From: Terriglobia bacterium
Lineage (GTDB): Bacteria; Acidobacteriota; Terriglobia; JAIQFV01
Reading direction: 5' to 3'
NCBI GenBank assembly: GCA_020072965.1
Contig: JAIQFY010000010.1
Location: 108,243-172,242, forward strand
DNA length: 64,000 bases
The translations under genes were made by a program, and so were the position numbers. A model generated the notes under the pieces. The model was not told the DNA's origin and ran no database searches. It saw only the letters and a program-made list of their open reading frames with translations. Positions within the stretch are counted from its first letter, which is position 1. Every line of letters starts with the position of its first letter. This document shows positions 39,717 through 49,401 of this stretch, one piece after another.

Positions 39717-42380
39717 CTACCTTGCGTTTTTCCCCACTGCCATGCTCGAGCCGTCGTCTCCAAAGAAGTTGAGCGTTGTGCTGGCCCCGCCTGTCGCGCT
39801 CAGCAGAATAAACTGAGTCGTGAATCCTCCACCGGCGGCGATTTGAGGGAAGATCATAGGGCTTGGGGCAGGCTGATTCACGTCCGCGATTGGAAAAGTG
39901 GTCAACAGAAAATCTCCGCCCGTGGCACTGAGTGAGCGAAGAGTGAGCGCCGCGAAGGGAGTCGCCGGGAGGAATATCGTTGGTAGTGAAGTGACATCCA
40001 AAACTCCGGTGAAGCCCTCGGGCAGGGATGCAATGAAAAACTGGTTGGCAAACTTAGCCGCATGTCCGTTGGGGTCGAGATCCAGGCTCCCCGTCGCGAC
40101 CGGCGTGATCCCATCCGCTTCAAATGCCGTGATCGAAGCATGAAGAGGCACACTCCCGGCAATGGCGATGGCCACCCCCGTGTTGTGCCGGTTCGTCAGA
40201 TCAACGTAGAGGCGTGCATGAGTGGTTAGATTTGCCGAGGGGATACCGGACTCGGTGACGAGATTACCAGCTCTCCGGAGACTGAATATCCCAGCGCCGA
40301 CCGGGGTCGTGGTCCCGGAATCTGGTGTAAGCTGGACCGAGCCTGCATTCACGAATTGCGGCGATCCGTCGGTCTGAAAGATGAAAACTCCCTCCGGGGG
40401 GATCAAGTATGGGAACGAGGATCCCGACGAACCGTTGATCGCATTCACCGATAGAGGAGAACCGGAATCGCTGAAGATTTTCAGATTCCCCGTCTCCACC
40501 CCCTCGGAGGTGTTCAGGAGCACCAGGGTCGTCCGGTAACCCCCTCCATCCACCAGTTGAGGAAAGGAAAGAGGATCTTGCGACGGGGCCTTGGTCAAAT
40601 CCGCGATGGGTGTGGTTGTCAGTAGCGTTTCCGATTGCTGGTTGGTAGTCAACCGCAACGCCACGATGGACATCGGTTCTTCGCTCGTGATCTCCAAAGA
40701 CCCAAATCCAACCTCAGTCGGAAAGTTCGGCGGCACAACCAAGCCGGGAGCCAGCTCAGTAATGAAGTTTGCCAGGTGAGCTTTTGAGGGGAGAGTTATA
40801 GCGCCTGAAGCCAGGACTTTCCCTTGTGAATCCCGTAACTTCAAGGCGATCTGAGCCGTATTTGTCCCAAGGTTAACCACGGCGAGCCCCGTGTTGACAC
40901 TGATTGCGCCTGAGCTCTCCTGATTGGACTTCGAAGGGACTACATTTCGATAATCAATAAAAATCCGGGCATCCAAAGTCGGGGGGGAAGCGGGGACGCC
41001 CGCCTCACTGACCACCACACCGTTCTGAACAAGGCTGAACACGGCAACTCCGTATGGCGCACTTCCCGAATTCGTATCAACGGTTGCGTAGCCTGCCTCA
41101 ACATTGCCGATTCTACCCAGCGTCGAAAGGGTGCCCGATCCTCCTGCCGTAACGGCGAGGGTCACGGAGCTCTTCGGGGTCAGGCAGGTGCTCAGATCAA
41201 TGTAAAGGTTGTTGAGAGAAGAATTGAACGCCGCCAAGTCGGGCTGTCCATCCCCGTTGAAGTCACCACTGATGAGGGAGCGCCCACCCACAGCGGCACT
41301 TAGGGTTGGGCCGATCTTAAAAGTCCCGTCCCCGTTCCCCCATAGAACTGAAACGTCCTTGGTGAATTGGTTGATCCCCGCCAAATCCGTTTTGCCATCT
41401 CCATCAAAGTCAGCCGTTACAAACGGACTCAGGCCGGCGGTGGCAAGATCTATCACAGGGGCCTGAAATGTTCCATCCCCATTGCTGAGTAAAACGGAAA
41501 TGACGCTGGCCTTCGACGCCGCTAGGTCGGTCTTCCCATCCCCGTTGAAATCGCCCGTTGCAACCAGTCCATCAAAACTGGATCCACCCAAGAAGCTCGA
41601 ACCTGGTTGGAAAGTCCCATCACCTTTCCCAAGCAAAATCGAGATCTCGCTGGTGGTCGCCACGGCCAAGTCTGTCTTCCCGTCACCATTAAAATCACCG
41701 GCAGCCAACGATTTGGGGGAAGACACAATCCCAATGTCCTGCGATGGCTGAAAAGTCCCGTCGCCCTTCCCCAGAATGATCGACACCCCTGTGAAACTGA
41801 CTACAGCCAAATCGAGTTTGTTGTCCTTGTTAAAATCGGCCACTGCTACATAGATCAAGATCGACCCCGGCACAAACACCAAAGGAGATTGGAAGGCGCC
41901 ATCACCTTTCCCAAGCCAAATCGAAACGGTGCTGGGACCTTGGAAATGTATGCTGCCGCCATTCTCAATCAGGACCAGATCCACCTTTCCATCCCCGTTA
42001 AAATCCCCCACGGCAGCGGAACTCACACTTCCTCCGCGAGTGTCCGAGTTGATGGGCAAGCGGAATGTTCCATCGCCGTTGCCGAGAAGGACAACAACAG
42101 AGAATGCGAGTGAGTTGATGTTGCCCCTATGGCTGAATCCAATGACATCGGAAATTCCATCCCCATTAAGGTCTCCAGCCACCACGAAAGAATCTCCTAA
42201 GTTGAGGTTAACGGTGGGAGCACCTAGAAAACCTGGGGTTGTGCACCCACTGGAGGCGTGCAATACCGATATTGGACCGTTGCATAATGCAAGAAGATAG
42301 ATGCTGAGTACCAACATGAAAGGAAAAAATTCGAAGGAACGGCGGCTTTTGTTCAGTATAGTCATTGCTGTGCACCTCAA
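39717..42380 (-). CDS. Large secreted FG-GAP/VCBS-repeat protein, tandem paralog of 35965..39627
   Basis: 887 aa. Same repeat type (GDFNGDGKTDLA...SILLGKGDGTFQ). Same C-terminal duplicated domain and C-terminal tail (NFFGDDGSSMAVGKNAR versus SFFGDDGSPLAVGKSSR). Confidence 0.8.
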   Translation of the reverse strand: MRCTAMTILNKSRRSFEFFPFMLVLSIYLLALCNGPISVLHASSGCTTPGFLGAPTVNLNLGDSFVVAGDLNGDGISDVIGFSHRGNINSLAFSVVVLLGNGDGTFRLPINSDTRGGSVSSAAVGDFNGDGKVDLVLIENGGSIHFQGPSTVSIWLGKGDGAFQSPLVFVPGSILIYVAVADFNKDNKLDLAVVSFTGVSIILGKGDGTFQPSQDIGIVSSPKSLAAGDFNGDGKTDLAVATTSEISILLGKGDGTFQPGSSFLGGSSFDGLVATGDFNGDGKTDLAASKASVISVLLSNGDGTFQAPVIDLATAGLSPFVTADFDGDGKTDLAGINQFTKDVSVLWGNGDGTFKIGPTLSAAVGGRSLISGDFNGDGQPDLAAFNSSLNNLYIDLSTCLTPKSSVTLAVTAGGSGTLSTLGRIGNVEAGYATVDTNSGSAPYGVAVFSLVQNGVVVSEAGVPASPPTLDARIFIDYRNVVPSKSNQESSGAISVNTGLAVVNLGTNTAQIALKLRDSQGKVLASGAITLPSKAHLANFITELAPGLVVPPNFPTEVGFGSLEITSEEPMSIVALRLTTNQQSETLLTTTPIADLTKAPSQDPLSFPQLVDGGGYRTTLVLLNTSEGVETGNLKIFSDSGSPLSVNAINGSSGSSFPYLIPPEGVFIFQTDGSPQFVNAGSVQLTPDSGTTTPVGAGIFSLRRAGNLVTESGIPSANLTTHARLYVDLTNRHNTGVAIAIAGSVPLHASITAFEADGITPVATGSLDLDPNGHAAKFANQFFIASLPEGFTGVLDVTSLPTIFLPATPFAALTLRSLSATGGDFLLTTFPIADVNQPAPSPMIFPQIAAGGGFTTQFILLSATGGASTTLNFFGDDGSSMAVGKNAR

Positions 42381-42775
42381 AACCAGAGTGTTATTGAAAC
42401 CGAGATCGCTCCGGGCGCTATACCATTCAGAGGAGGGGTCAATGAGGTTTAGGTCGGATGGGTGGTCTGATGACTTAAGTCAAGGGGGATTGCCCAGAGT
42501 TGCGATTCTTGGGAGACCGAATCTGGCGCTGAAGCCTCAACAGCCCCGGCCTACAAATCAATTCTCGACCGCTTCCCAGAAAAAGTCAAAGGATTACTGA
42601 GAGATAATACCCTTATGCACAGTAGATTGAGGAGAGTGAGCATGCCCGGACAATCAACCTCAGAATCCGCTCACCCTTGCATGACACGCATTTGATCAAT
42701 TCGGGATTGTTACGAATTCTCCCTTCGTGCCTGAACAGCGAGCCCGAATCTCCTTACTGATGCGGCATCCGGGCC

Positions 42776-44320
42776 TTATTTCTCCAGCTTCAGCTTTTCA
42801 CCAAACGGTTTTTCCAGCCCGTGCTTGGCGGCAGCGAGGGCGCCGCGGGTATCCTCTCCTAGTTGCACCGCACCAGCATACTCGCGAACAGCGCTTTCAC
42901 GTTCGCCTTCCAGGTCGAAGAGCCGCCCCAGGTACACATGCGACCAGGCCTTGGTGGCGTTGTCGGCATTCTTGTCCTGAAGCGCCTGCTCGAAATAAGA
43001 CCTCGCGTCTTCAAGATTCCGCTGCATGCTGCAGGCAACGCCCAGCCCATAGAGCGCTTTTGACCGCAAATCCGCATCCGACTCGGCGATTTGTTTAAAG
43101 ATTTTCTTAGCCGATTCGTACTTTTCTTCGCTGATCAGGTCTTCAGCCTCATCCAGCTTCTTTTCATTCTCGGTCCGTGGGCGCTTGGGAGGCGCCGGGG
43201 TGGGTGGGACCGGAACCAGAGCGAGCGAGGCGGCATACTTCTTTTCGGCCTCGATGTCGATTGATTCCACCATGTCGCCCAGGGCCTCCCGGATCCCTTG
43301 TTCTCCCTTTTCAAACTCTTGAAACTGAGTGTAGAAATGCTTGATTAGAAAAAATCCTGAGGCGGCATTCCGCGTGAGTTCGTCATCGGCTTTGGCCGCC
43401 GGAAGTTTTCGCATACGGAGCTCCGCCGCACGGATCACGCACTCGATCGCGTAGAGCACGAAATCCTTTCTAAACTGGGGATCGAGGTTGGGATTCTTCG
43501 ATGCCACCTCCATCAATGCTTGCTTGTGAAAAAACCGGTTGGCATATTTCAGGCTCAGCGGATCGAGGACAAAATGCAAGAATTGATGCCGGATTTCATC
43601 CAGGTTGGCCCGTGGCGCGGGACTGATGACCAAATAGTAATCCTCGCCGTAATTGCGCGCCAGGGCCGCAGAACTGGCTCCGAGCATATCAATCGCGATC
43701 GAGTAGCGGCGTCCCAGATAGGAGGAAGAGGGCAGCCGGAGGTAGGCCTCGGTTTGCTGAACGGTCCGCATGATGGGGGCCTGTTGTGCCTCTATATAGG
43801 CTTCTATCGTCGGCTGGGCATTTCCCCAAAGCTTCTCTAAATGAGTTGCTTCGTAAAATTCCTTTACCAGGGGCTGAAATTCCTCGATGGGCAGCACATC
43901 GGGAGGCAGCTTGTCATGGCTCCAGACGAAACGCCATTTCGGAGGCTGATCGAGCACCAGCGCCAGCGACACGTATCTGGACAACTCCGCACTGCGGTCG
44001 GGTCCCTCCTGATGCGACACATAAAATTGTTTCAGCTTCTCACGCAGTTCGGCCGGAAGATCTTTATCGATCGCGTTTTGAACCTGCTGACGGACCGCGG
44101 CGACGCCAGGAGTGCCTGCCGAGCCAAAACCAAATCCCGCGGCGTGGAGTGCCGACAGCACTGTGAACAGGCGGACGTCACCATCCAGGGTAATCATCGA
44201 CTGCTGTGCGCACAGCGGAGAAACAAGTAGCAATCCCAGGTACGCTATCTTCCCGATCAACCGGGTGGCCCATTCAACGGTTTGTGAACTCATTCGACCT
44301 TTCCATCCCCTCCCGAGCAT
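42776..44320 (-). CDS. Secreted protein with C-terminal TPR repeats
   Basis: 514 aa. Signal-like N-terminus. Pro-rich linker (VPVPPTPAPPKRPR). C-terminal TPR units. Confidence 0.55.
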   Translation of the reverse strand: MLGRGWKGRMSSQTVEWATRLIGKIAYLGLLLVSPLCAQQSMITLDGDVRLFTVLSALHAAGFGFGSAGTPGVAAVRQQVQNAIDKDLPAELREKLKQFYVSHQEGPDRSAELSRYVSLALVLDQPPKWRFVWSHDKLPPDVLPIEEFQPLVKEFYEATHLEKLWGNAQPTIEAYIEAQQAPIMRTVQQTEAYLRLPSSSYLGRRYSIAIDMLGASSAALARNYGEDYYLVISPAPRANLDEIRHQFLHFVLDPLSLKYANRFFHKQALMEVASKNPNLDPQFRKDFVLYAIECVIRAAELRMRKLPAAKADDELTRNAASGFFLIKHFYTQFQEFEKGEQGIREALGDMVESIDIEAEKKYAASLALVPVPPTPAPPKRPRTENEKKLDEAEDLISEEKYESAKKIFKQIAESDADLRSKALYGLGVACSMQRNLEDARSYFEQALQDKNADNATKAWSHVYLGRLFDLEGERESAVREYAGAVQLGEDTRGALAAAKHGLEKPFGEKLKLEK

Positions 44321-44453
44321 TTACCCTACGTCAGGCGGCGAAGATCATACGCTGAAAAGCCTCGCAAATATTCCCTGAAATTGCAAGCCTCACTTCCGCC
44401 ATTTACATTCCAGACGTAGAACAAGTGGCCCAATATGATAAGATAAACTCAGT

Positions 44454-45029
44454 ATGCGAAAAGGGTTGAAATCCGCACCGGTTCTACTCGCCATCGTCCT
44501 GTTGATGTCATGTGGAGGGAGGCAGGATAAGAGGCTCGCTCAGAACATCGAATCACTCCAAATCGCGGATGTGGCGGAAACGGACCTGAAAGTCAGTTCA
44601 TTCCATCCGCACGGAAAAGACGAAGCCATCCTGGTGGCGGATGTTCACACGGCATTCCTCATGAAACGGAATTCGCGGGGGGAATGGGAGATTCAATCCG
44701 TCCGCATGGGCGATCGCAATTGGGAGGACGCGAAGGATTTTGCCCGGGCACTAAACCAGGTGCGGCTCGAACGCGTCAAGAGAGATTTCGAGAAAATTGC
44801 GAATGCCCTCGAAAAGTACCAGGCCCAGACAAAAACCTTGCCCGCCATCAAGGGGATCGGCCCCCTTGTGGATCTCTTGTTCCCGACCTATCTGGCAGAA
44901 GCAGTGCGGGTCGATCCCTGGGCAACAGAATATGACTACCAACTCAGCACACCCACTTCATACGTCCTGATTTCCGCTGGGCCGGACCGCAAGTTTGGGA
45001 CTGGCGACGACATCCGGTTCGAGCATTAA
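44454..45029 (+). CDS. Lipoprotein with C-terminal type II secretion pseudopilin GspG-like domain
   Basis: Lipobox LLMSCG. C-terminal DPWATEYDYQLSTPTSYVLISAGPDRKFGTGDDIRFEH resembles the GspG C-terminal fold motif but lacks a prepilin leader. Confidence 0.5.
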   Translation: MRKGLKSAPVLLAIVLLMSCGGRQDKRLAQNIESLQIADVAETDLKVSSFHPHGKDEAILVADVHTAFLMKRNSRGEWEIQSVRMGDRNWEDAKDFARALNQVRLERVKRDFEKIANALEKYQAQTKTLPAIKGIGPLVDLLFPTYLAEAVRVDPWATEYDYQLSTPTSYVLISAGPDRKFGTGDDIRFEH

Positions 45030-45187
45030 ACGGACGCGGACAAACACGGAACACACGGAGAAGTAATAACAGCTATCCATGGATTTGAACCTTGTCGTTG
45101 TACGGACCAGCCAAAATGCAAACCGGCTGGCGATGACAAGAGTCAGGTCAGGCCAGCCGGAATAACATTCTTAATCCCGCCGGAACC

Positions 45188-45778
45188 TCAAGGAAATTTC
45201 GTCACGGCGTCCACGACCTGCTGATCGGGCAAAAGCTTGCCTTCCACGTTTTCCCAGAGGATTTTCCCGTCTGTTCCCACCAGAAAGTACGTTCGCTTGG
45301 CCACCACGGAATGGATTCCCGGGACGTTGATTTCATGTTCGATGTGATAGTCCTTCACCACCTTGCGTTCCATATCACTCAGCAGAGGAAAGGGCAGACT
45401 CAGACTTTCTCTGAATTTATCCTGGGAAAAGGGTGTGTCGGTGCTGATTCCCCACACTTCGATGTTCTTGGCCTTTAACTTTTCATAATTCTCTCTGAAC
45501 CCAGAGAGCTCGGTCGTTCAACCCCCGGTGAAATCGAAAACATAAAAGGCCAGAAGGACCTTTTTTTTGCCGCGCATGTCACTCAATTTCATCGGGGTGA
45601 GTTTGGCTCCGGAGGGGAGGGCAAAGTCCGGTGCTGCGTCTCCCACCTTGGGGGGTTGCTCGCCGGTACTGACGGGAGGGGACGCACTTTGAGCTACTAA
45701 GGCTAATGTGGCCATCAGCATTACAGCCACAAAAAGGGACAAAACTAGAAACGTTTTTTTCATTGATTCCTTCCTCAA
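45188..45778 (-). CDS. Exported AhpC/TSA-family peroxiredoxin, predicted selenoprotein with TGA (Sec) at 45518..45520 at the peroxidatic position
   Basis: Track ORFs 45518..45778 and 45188..45457 are in the same frame. Reading through gives signal peptide ...[51 protein letters not shown]... The Prx FxxDFTxVCxTE motif has TGA in place of Cys. Confidence 0.7.
45491..45508 (-). promoter_or_regulatory. Candidate SECIS hairpin for UGA 45518
   Basis: mRNA: UGA acgaccgag CUCUCUG-gguu-CAGAGAG. 7-bp stem, GGUU apical loop 17 nt downstream of UGA. Confidence 0.4.
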
Positions 45779-45865
45779 GAAACGAGATTCGGACCGATTT
45801 CTGTTAGGGTCACCGCACTATAGCCAATCTCTCAACAACATGCAAGAGACGAATGTGAAGCGTCC

Positions 45866-46876
45866 TTATCCCTTGGTGGCGATACCTTCGAGTTTCCTGA
45901 GGTTGGAGGGGTCTCCCATCGCGATCAGGCAGTCGCCGGCCCCGATGCGTGTCTCCGAGGTGGGGTTGAACACCATGTTTCCATCCGCCTTCTTCATCGC
46001 CAGCACAATGACGTTCAATTCCTGGCGAATCCCGGAATCCTGCAGGGTTCGATCGGAAAGGGCGCAACCCTTGCTGATAGGAATCTCCTCGATTGCGAGG
46101 TTTAATTTCTCAGCGCCCATGGTCGAGGTCGCCACATCAAGAAAATCATAGACGTTGGGTCGAAGCATCGCTTGGGCAATCCGGTGTCCTGTGAAAATGT
46201 AAGGGGAGATGACCTCAGTCGCCCCGGCGCGCCGTAATTTTTCCTCTGCGTCTTCTTCGCTTGCCCGCGCGATGATAGGCAAATCTTGTCTCAGGCCGCG
46301 CGCTGTTAGCGTGACATAAACGTTGTCGGCATCGGAGGTAATGACACTGATTAACCCCCTCGCCCGCTCGATACCTGCATCTTTCAACACCGTCTCTTTG
46401 GTGGAGTCTCCCAGGATGACCAGGGCGCCCTCTTCTTGCATCCGGTTTGCCTTGGCCTCGTCTCTTTCAATGACCACAAAAGTGACGGAGTGCAAGCGGA
46501 ACTCCTTCGCCACCCGCCGGCCCACACGACCTGCTCCACAGATGATGAAATGATCTTTGAGCTGTTGAATTTCCTTTTCCATGCGCCTCCGTCCCAGTAT
46601 TGTGTGAACTTCCAGGCTGATGAAATACTGCACCAAACTGGTCACCGTAAACCCCGCGGCCCCGATCCCGAGCACCACGATGACTACCGTGAGCAATTTG
46701 CCCGCCGGGCTAATCTCGAGAATGCCGTCGTAGCCCAGCGTGGTCACGGTGATGACCGTGACGTAAAAGCTTCGACCATAGCTCCAGCGCTCAATGAAAT
46801 GAAATCCCAGCGTCCCGATGCCATTTACGATCAGCATCAGGAGGAGGATGAGGTAGATTCTGTAAGATAACTTCAA
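45866..46876 (-). CDS. Potassium channel with RCK (TrkA-N/TrkA-C) domains
   Basis: 336 aa. Two TM plus pore helix with TTLGYDG filter-like motif. GAGRVG Rossmann (RCK_N) and C-terminal RCK_C. Confidence 0.8.
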   Translation of the reverse strand: MKLSYRIYLILLLMLIVNGIGTLGFHFIERWSYGRSFYVTVITVTTLGYDGILEISPAGKLLTVVIVVLGIGAAGFTVTSLVQYFISLEVHTILGRRRMEKEIQQLKDHFIICGAGRVGRRVAKEFRLHSVTFVVIERDEAKANRMQEEGALVILGDSTKETVLKDAGIERARGLISVITSDADNVYVTLTARGLRQDLPIIARASEEDAEEKLRRAGATEVISPYIFTGHRIAQAMLRPNVYDFLDVATSTMGAEKLNLAIEEIPISKGCALSDRTLQDSGIRQELNVIVLAMKKADGNMVFNPTSETRIGAGDCLIAMGDPSNLRKLEGIATKG

Positions 46877-47060
46877 GGTTGGATCCCGGCCTGATGAACT
46901 GCCTGATGAGCGGGATGGTAAGGGAAGGCCCTCCCTGCGTCAACTCAAAACTCGAGGCCTTGTTGCTTGCACTGCGGGGCTATGCTATAAACGAATTCAG
47001 GTGTCGGGTGTCCGGTGCCAGGTGCCAGAAAGTTGGAAACACGAGTGAGAGGCCGGGAAC

Positions 47061-47158
47061 AGAAGTCGGAAGTCAGAGGTCGGAACGTAGAGTCGAAAAG
47101 GCAGATATTCCAGGGATTGTACTTCGGACTTTGAACTTTGAACCTTGAACTTTGAACT
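47061..47158. repeat. Heptamer tandem arrays (AGAAGTC)n and (TTGAACT)n; inverted copy of the 50187..50373 element
   Basis: agaagtcggaagtcagaggtcgg ... ttgaactttgaaccttgaactttgaact seen directly. It is the reverse complement of the arrays at 50187-50373. Confidence 0.6.
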
Positions 47159-47189
47159 GGATTTCTTGGGCTTTGGACTCTTCTAAATC

Positions 47190-47894
47190 ATGAAAGTTCA
47201 AGTTCTTTACTTCGCCTACTGTCGTGACCTGATGGGTCGGGAGCGCGAGTGGTTGACTCTTGATGACAGCGCGCGCGTTTCGGACCTGCTGGCAAAGTGT
47301 CTTTCTGAGAAGCCTGCCCTGGAACCGCTCCGCCGGAACCTTCTCGTTGCAGTCAACCAGGAATATGCCCAATCCGATCAGCTTCTTGCGGATGGTGATG
47401 AAGTTGCCCTCTTTCCCCCGGTCAGTGGTGGCGCTGTGGAGGTCGAGGCCCTTCGGGATTTCTATGCCGTCACACACACGCCGATCGATTCTGCCCAAGT
47501 CATCCAGGCGTTGAAACGGCCCGAGGACGGGGCGGTCGTGGTCTTCGATGGGATTGTTCGCAACAACTCCCGCGGCAAGCGGACGAGGTACGTGGAATAT
47601 CACGGGTACGAGCCCATGGCGCTGAAGAAAATTCGTGAAATCGGCGAACGGATCAAATCCATGTGGGACATCGACGGTGTTGCCATTACCCACCGGCTCG
47701 GCCATTTGGACATCGGGGAATCGAGCGTGCTGATTGTGGTAACTTCGGCCCACCGCAAAGCTGCGTTTGATGCCTGCCACTACGCCATTGATCTCCTCAA
47801 GAAGACCGTTCCGATTTGGAAGAAAGAGTGCTTTGAGGACGGCGAAATGTGGATTGAAGGCGATGTGCCGGTAAAAGCCTGCCGCGAGCACTGA
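47190..47894 (+). CDS. Fused molybdopterin synthase MoaD-MoaE (MoaX-like)
   Basis: N-terminal ~81 aa MoaD ending ...LFPPVSGG, directly fused to MoaE (FDGIVRNNSRGK...HRLGHLDIGE...VPIWKKE). Confidence 0.8.
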   Translation: MKVQVLYFAYCRDLMGREREWLTLDDSARVSDLLAKCLSEKPALEPLRRNLLVAVNQEYAQSDQLLADGDEVALFPPVSGGAVEVEALRDFYAVTHTPIDSAQVIQALKRPEDGAVVVFDGIVRNNSRGKRTRYVEYHGYEPMALKKIREIGERIKSMWDIDGVAITHRLGHLDIGESSVLIVVTSAHRKAAFDACHYAIDLLKKTVPIWKKECFEDGEMWIEGDVPVKACREH

Positions 47895-48098
47895 TTGGAA
47901 GGGCCAGCCTTCCTCCGGGAGGTTTTTTTGCCGTTCGGGTTATTTTGGCTCCGCTTCTGAACCAACGCTCCCCCAGTTTACGGCATCCAAGGTGAATGAA
48001 AAAGTCGATTAGGGAGAGTCGCGAGCCAGGAGCGAAGTCAGGGCTCCTGTCCGACCGGCCTCTGAAGGTTTCCTCCATGCAACCAGAAAACCTCGCCA

Positions 48099-49121
48099 AT
48101 GATTAAACAGATGGCTCCCTCCCACTCAGCACCAGTGGCGGTGAACCGCCTGGTCCGCTGCACCTTTTGTTCTTTTATCCTCCTTTCAATATTCGGTGGG
48201 ACGAAGATCCTTCTTTGTGCCCCTCCGCAAGCCGGCCCAGGCGGCGCAAAACAGTTGCAGGAAAGGGCGGCACCAGGCCAGGAAACCCCAACGGCGCGAT
48301 TCAAAGTGGACGTCAACTTGACCGTGGTTTACGCCACCGTGACTAATCCGAACGGGTGGGTGGACCGGAGTTTGACGCGTGAAGACTTTGAGCTTAAAGA
48401 AAATGGACAGAAGCAGGAGATAGCATTCTTCAGCCGGGAGTCCGAATTGCCCTTGAGGGTTGCCTTGCTGGTGGATTCAAGTCTGAGCACGGCTCGCGAC
48501 CTGAAATTCGAATCCGAGGCGGCAATCCGGTTCTTCCGGTCGGTACTGCGGCCGCAGGATGGGGGCTCCGTATTTGAGTTTTCATACGATGTCCACCAGC
48601 TCACCAACTATACCAACGACATCGAGGCCTTATCGCGAGGGATCAGGGCCATTTCCCCAGAGACCGCCACCTCTCTCTTTGACGCTATATACCTGGCCTC
48701 CGACACGCTGAAGTCCCGCAAGCAGAAGAAGGTCATGGTCATCGTCTCGGACGGGGCAGATACCACGAGCAAGATCAGCTATGCGCAGGCGCTTCGGGCC
48801 GCCAACGAAGCCGAAGCCATCATCTTTTCGGTCATCATCATGCCGGTGAAGAGTGACGCCGGCAGGGCGCTGGGCGGTGAGCATGCCCTGATGACGCTTT
48901 CGGAAGAGACTGGCGGAATGTCGTTTTTCCCTAATACCATTACCGAGCTGGATAGCATCTACTCGAAAATCAGCGAGGAGTTGCGCACTCAGTACACGCT
49001 GGGATTTTATTCCACGGTCAATGCGCCCTCAACTCAACTGCGGCGCATCACGCTCACAACCCGCAATCCCCGCCTCACGGTCCGAACCCGTCGAGGGTAC
49101 TTCTCTAAACCGGGCTCGTAA
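48099..49121 (+). CDS. von Willebrand factor A (VWA) domain protein, secreted
   Basis: Signal-like N-terminus. VWA MIDAS region LLVDSSLSTARD. Ends NPRLTVRTRRGYF. Confidence 0.7.
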   Translation: MIKQMAPSHSAPVAVNRLVRCTFCSFILLSIFGGTKILLCAPPQAGPGGAKQLQERAAPGQETPTARFKVDVNLTVVYATVTNPNGWVDRSLTREDFELKENGQKQEIAFFSRESELPLRVALLVDSSLSTARDLKFESEAAIRFFRSVLRPQDGGSVFEFSYDVHQLTNYTNDIEALSRGIRAISPETATSLFDAIYLASDTLKSRKQKKVMVIVSDGADTTSKISYAQALRAANEAEAIIFSVIIMPVKSDAGRALGGEHALMTLSEETGGMSFFPNTITELDSIYSKISEELRTQYTLGFYSTVNAPSTQLRRITLTTRNPRLTVRTRRGYFSKPGS

Positions 49122-49401
49122 TTTCAAACGTTTCCCGCAATTATTTCTACCCCGGGACGATTTCGCGGCTATAATCCAACTTCGGTTAGAGACGACCTTT
49201 CAACCTGAATTTCGAAATGTGAACACCGATGAGTGCGCCGGGTTGGCGGGGTGCCGCGAGAATGGTGCGGCTCCGGAAGCAGGATGTCTGATCTACCCTT
49301 CACGACGACTCGGATTACGGGTCCCCACGGCCACCCAACGGGGACTAGACACCGAAGGTTTCCTTCTATTTCCTGGATTCGAGGACTAATCATTTTCCAC
49401 T

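Noticed and set aside
36064-42300. Numerous plus-strand ORFs with SPLKSP/PSPFP repeats
   Set aside because: Antisense reading of the FG-GAP repeat genes. The periodicity simply mirrors the sense-strand repeats.
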